Shown in pieces: positions 24,401 to 26,776 of a stretch of DNA of 26,776 nucleotides (position 1 is the first letter of the stretch; each line of letters starts with the position of its first letter). The notes beneath the pieces are model-generated. The model searched no databases, was not told the DNA's origin, and saw only the letters and a list, made by a program, of their open reading frames with translations. Location of the stretch: positions 1-26,776 of the IMG/VR virus record IMGVR_UViG_3300033559_000106; one strand, given 5' to 3'. Source of the stretch: a virus. Its lineage: Duplodnaviria > Caudoviricetes. A program made the position numbers and the translations under genes.

Positions 24401-25394
24401 GCAATTAAATTTACTGAACGCTGAAATTGATAATATTGAATTGCCAAAAGAAAATAATTTTGACAAGTATTTAAAAAAATTATTCAATTTAGACGACGAG
24501 GGACTTGCTGATTTTAAAGATGATTTAGATGAATTATATAGTGCAGTGTCGGACATGACTAATGCAATTGCTGATTTATATACAAGCGGGCTGGAAGCAA
24601 AAATCGAAGATATTGACAAAAAAAAGGAATTAAATGACGAAGAAATTAAAAGCGAAGAAGATAAATTAGCAAAATTAAATGAGATTGCGAAAACACAAAG
24701 GGGCATGGACTTGCAACGGACTTTTAACGAAATAAATGCAAGCAAAAAAAAGATAGCTGACGAAAAAGCCGCAAATGATTTATTAATTGCAGAACGTGAA
24801 AAAGCCGAAAAAAGATTAAAGTTAATTCGTAAAGCTGCTATTATTTCGCAAATGGCTGGGGACATGGCGAGTGCAATTAGTAGTCTAATGAAATATAGTG
24901 CAGAAAACCGATTGAATGGCATAACTGCGGGTGTTGCGGGCATTATTCAGTATGGAATTGGCATTGCCAACATTATTGCTTCGGCTGCAACCGCTGCTGC
25001 TCAAATTAAAAAAATGAAATACGGAGGCAAATTAGTTGGTAAAAGTCATGATGAGGGGGGGATGCCATTGTACGAAGCAGAGGGTGGTGAGTATGTTGTA
25101 AATACTGAAAGTACAAAAAAACATGAAAAATATTTGAATTTGATAAACAAACCACATTCCACACCGAAGGACATTATTGAATTGGCAAAAAAAGATGTTG
25201 GAATTAACGCTATATCAAATTATAACACTGAGGTTGCTGCTGCTCACAAAATTTTTAATAATTTTAATAATGAAAAAACAAATGAATTATTAAAAAAATT
25301 AATATATTTGCAAGAGAATGATACGAAATTAATTGCGGTTGATAACATTATTTATGAAAAATCTAAAAACGGACTTAAACAAACGAAATTATGA
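21456..25394 (+). CDS. Tail tape measure protein
   Basis: About 1312 aa, coiled coil, TP901-like core (FETAFKSLAAITGLTG...), hydrophobic segments, C-terminal YGGKLVGKSHDEGG...EAEGGEYVVN. ATG 21456 is preferred start. Confidence 0.92.
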   Translation: MSENKVEIEFIVNQSLNEAVVQSAKIRQNALDTQEAYKNIAGKSSNADFSKFVEEQKKMSDELEKTKKIINLLEKTILDLNKSRENEREAMAKSTNMYKEESKTLADNRTRRQELIEANKILSKNYAANAIQIEANKKVIADLNIEYKNLSKQQTENKKSVENLDDVLNREVKTIKDAQIQNAELRKIRNNINTTTEEGAAQIESLNKVMDRNNELIQENSNFLEQRKINIGNYNVALKETEDLLKTLIIKQELLRNTNRENSQEWQDLQIEIQNTVNVYNRLENEINIVERETENLLRTNEQTGLSFKELVGAITVAGAIEQGIQLVGDELKKQLQNVKDFETAFKSLAAITGLTGNDLQNVKQKALEFSSEFGVAGSEILKTFELVGSQRPELLASADSMALLTKQAIILAKASGIKDTALSVSYLTGIMNQFGLTIKDTDTLINALAASSQKGTGTVEFQAEMISNSAAELKIANIDYKEAIAIGEQLSTQFSSGSDAATSLTNAISGLQQEGKGFQSGQFNLQDALKQTNEDLKNINSEQEKTTYLTKLFGETGITAGARLLETVDNIDTYKNSILGTTAAYDLAVINGKTLDQSLAKLTETWNNLFIAQATAEGGFVDIATKIVDFITSIINAAKESKIFETYIHAVSELFKDWISVFENIFIAFGIFSKEENKAMTTTEKLTKVLKILGDVMYIVAAIPQGIAWALNQLTSAAAWAMDTFDNLNGVLKGIIIVATSLVSPILSIGLALRSLFIDTDEATIAMTAFSNSFTKSFDVTSKVLAAFGTANEKEIAKQLAAQKAAAKEKGKLTEEEIAAQTKAREEQLAKDSELAQLRIDAMTDAYQKELAQNEKDRKDKQAKYLKDSKEFLLIDKIYNAKKLEIENKYIEDTLAVQAKAEAKRLEAAKVAKELKLTAFEDAQTLAKAKNDVVLEILVAGEEEKKLYEKQFEAKQLEDKITYLKDFYGVTTNVEIDLLKEQLNLLNAEIDNIELPKENNFDKYLKKLFNLDDEGLADFKDDLDELYSAVSDMTNAIADLYTSGLEAKIEDIDKKKELNDEEIKSEEDKLAKLNEIAKTQRGMDLQRTFNEINASKKKIADEKAANDLLIAEREKAEKRLKLIRKAAIISQMAGDMASAISSLMKYSAENRLNGITAGVAGIIQYGIGIANIIASAATAAAQIKKMKYGGKLVGKSHDEGGMPLYEAEGGEYVVNTESTKKHEKYLNLINKPHSTPKDIIELAKKDVGINAISNYNTEVAAAHKIFNNFNNEKTNELLKKLIYLQENDTKLIAVDNIIYEKSKNGLKQTKL

Positions 25395-26776
25395 TAAAAT
25401 TAACGGTTAGTTACGATGGCACTGATTATATTTTACCTTTTCGTTCAGATAATTTGCAAATAGTAAAGCAGGTTGACACTGATAACGACCTTATTGTCCG
25501 CACATCGTGTGAGGGAGATTTACTTTTTTCGTGTTCGGAATATGATTTTCTATATCCATTTTTAACAAGTTATGATAATTTAAACGGCAATTTAAGTATA
25601 ACAGACTGCGATGGTATTGAAGTAATTTATAACGGTTATTTAACTTTAAACAACGAATTTGACTACTTTACAAAAGAAATTAAAGGTAAATTTACTATAA
25701 AAGACAAATATTTTGAATTTTATAGCCAAAAGGGTGACGATAATAATTACCCTAAAGTAACTGCTTTAAATGCTTATGTTTATTTAAAATATTTAAATAT
25801 AAACGTACCTGAATCTTATTATACTCAGGGAATTAGTAGAACTTCATTTAAATTAGGTAATTTGATAGATACTTTAGTTAATTTTATAGATAACAGTGTT
25901 ATTTCAAACCAATCCGCAAGCGGTATTGGACAAGATTTATTCGTTCCGAAAGAATGCTGGTTTAATAACAACGGCAATTTATATGCTTATATCGACGTAA
26001 ATACAAACGAAACAACGAAACCTTTTGTGTTTCCACAAATAAGTTTTAATAATTTAATGAATATTCTTAAAACACAAATTTTTATTCAGTGGTTTATAGA
26101 TGAGGATAATACTTTTCAATTAATTCAAAGAAAAAATGTTTTTTTTGCAACAGGCGAAGATATTACTATTTACGAAAAGCCAAAAAACAAATTAATAAAA
26201 ATTGATAATCAAAAAATTACAAATTATAAAATTGAAAATTTTAACTTTATAGAAGATAAAAACAAAAATAGTGAAAAATATCATGCGTCTGCAAATTTAG
26301 TATTTTCAATAAATGAAAAAAATACAAACACTGTAAGTGCTGATTTACAAACCAATCCTTTTGATTTTTCAAATAGTAAAGATTTTTTATTTCGCACAAT
26401 AGACTCGGGGATTGAATTAGATTTTGGTAAAATAGTAAATTCACAATGGATAAATTATAAGGGCGAAGTAGATTATTTGCTTGGAGATTGGGATAATTTA
26501 ACATTTACAGGTATGGTAGAAGGTGATAGAATTATCAGTGATTATTTATATTTGCCAGAAGGTAATAAAAGAATTGAATTTAATTATAATTACACTATTT
26601 CAGGTGCGTATTATACTGGAAGATTAAAACTAAGTGTCTTAACTTATGGACCTCCCGTAAATGTATATACGTTTGATATAGGATTAGGGTCAAATACTTT
26701 TTATTTGTCTGATTCTGTGAAAAATACATGTCTCATATTTTTATCATGCGACAGTACAGGACTTGATTTAGATAGC
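25391..26776 (+). CDS. Tail tip/hub-region structural protein, 3' end outside window (not in ORF track)
   Basis: ATGA overlap with the tape measure stop. Frame MIKLTVSYDGTDYILPF... is open for 462 codons to the window end. Confidence 0.75.
   Translation, partial: MIKLTVSYDGTDYILPFRSDNLQIVKQVDTDNDLIVRTSCEGDLLFSCSEYDFLYPFLTSYDNLNGNLSITDCDGIEVIYNGYLTLNNEFDYFTKEIKGKFTIKDKYFEFYSQKGDDNNYPKVTALNAYVYLKYLNINVPESYYTQGISRTSFKLGNLIDTLVNFIDNSVISNQSASGIGQDLFVPKECWFNNNGNLYAYIDVNTNETTKPFVFPQISFNNLMNILKTQIFIQWFIDEDNTFQLIQRKNVFFATGEDITIYEKPKNKLIKIDNQKITNYKIENFNFIEDKNKNSEKYHASANLVFSINEKNTNTVSADLQTNPFDFSNSKDFLFRTIDSGIELDFGKIVNSQWINYKGEVDYLLGDWDNLTFTGMVEGDRIISDYLYLPEGNKRIEFNYNYTISGAYYTGRLKLSVLTYGPPVNVYTFDIGLGSNTFYLSDSVKNTCLIFLSCDSTGLDLDS

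Larger units (their letters stand above)
1..26776 (+). mobile_element. Tailed phage/prophage genome segment (siphovirus-like, probable Bacteroidota host)
   Basis: Co-oriented replication, packaging, head and tail modules (primase-helicase, terL, portal, protease, capsid, tail chaperone frameshift, tape measure). TAnnTTTG promoter boxes. No host housekeeping genes or att/integrase seen, so free phage versus prophage cannot be decided. Confidence 0.95.

Noticed and set aside
727-26504. Other minus-strand ORFs in the track (e.g. 4854-5141, 6386-6802, 8298-8753, 14543-15040, 24359-24943, 26247-26504)
   Set aside because: All lie antisense to well-supported + strand genes and have the Phe/Ser/Leu/Ile-rich composition of shadow frames.
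1-26776. Stop-codon reassignment (alternative genetic code), as in some Bacteroidota phages
   Set aside because: Core genes are full length under the standard code, and TAA, TAG and TGA all terminate genes followed by logical next starts.
1-26776. Integrase, reverse transcriptase (DGR/retron), cas genes, intron or intein
   Set aside because: No tyrosine-recombinase, RT, Cas or intein motifs were recognised in any ORF. terL, helicase and capsid are uninterrupted. Such genes could lie outside the window.

Overview
Very AT-rich segment of a tailed (siphovirus-type) phage or prophage genome with essentially all genes on the + strand. TAnnTTTG promoter boxes and A-rich, Shine-Dalgarno-less start regions point to a Bacteroidota host. 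Order: 5'-truncated replication initiator with iteron-like repeats, T7 gp4/Twinkle-type primase-helicase, small accessory genes, DUF559-like nuclease, a cassette region, an initiator-like tRNA-Met(CAT), NinB-like gene, terS, terL, a separately promoted accessory block, portal, prohead protease, major capsid, tail tube, head/neck genes, tail chaperones with a -1 frameshift, tape measure and a 3'-truncated tail gene. The most unusual element is at about 4665-6001. Two 135-138 bp co-varying hairpins bounded by TAAC...GTTA, plus a terminal half-site, delimit two single-ORF units with the outer-box complementarity expected of integron gene cassettes. They lie downstream of a promoter, may have polarity inverted relative to classical cassettes, have no integrase in the window, and are followed by a frameshifted NUMOD4-like small gene. 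All family assignments come from motif recognition by eye, not database searches.
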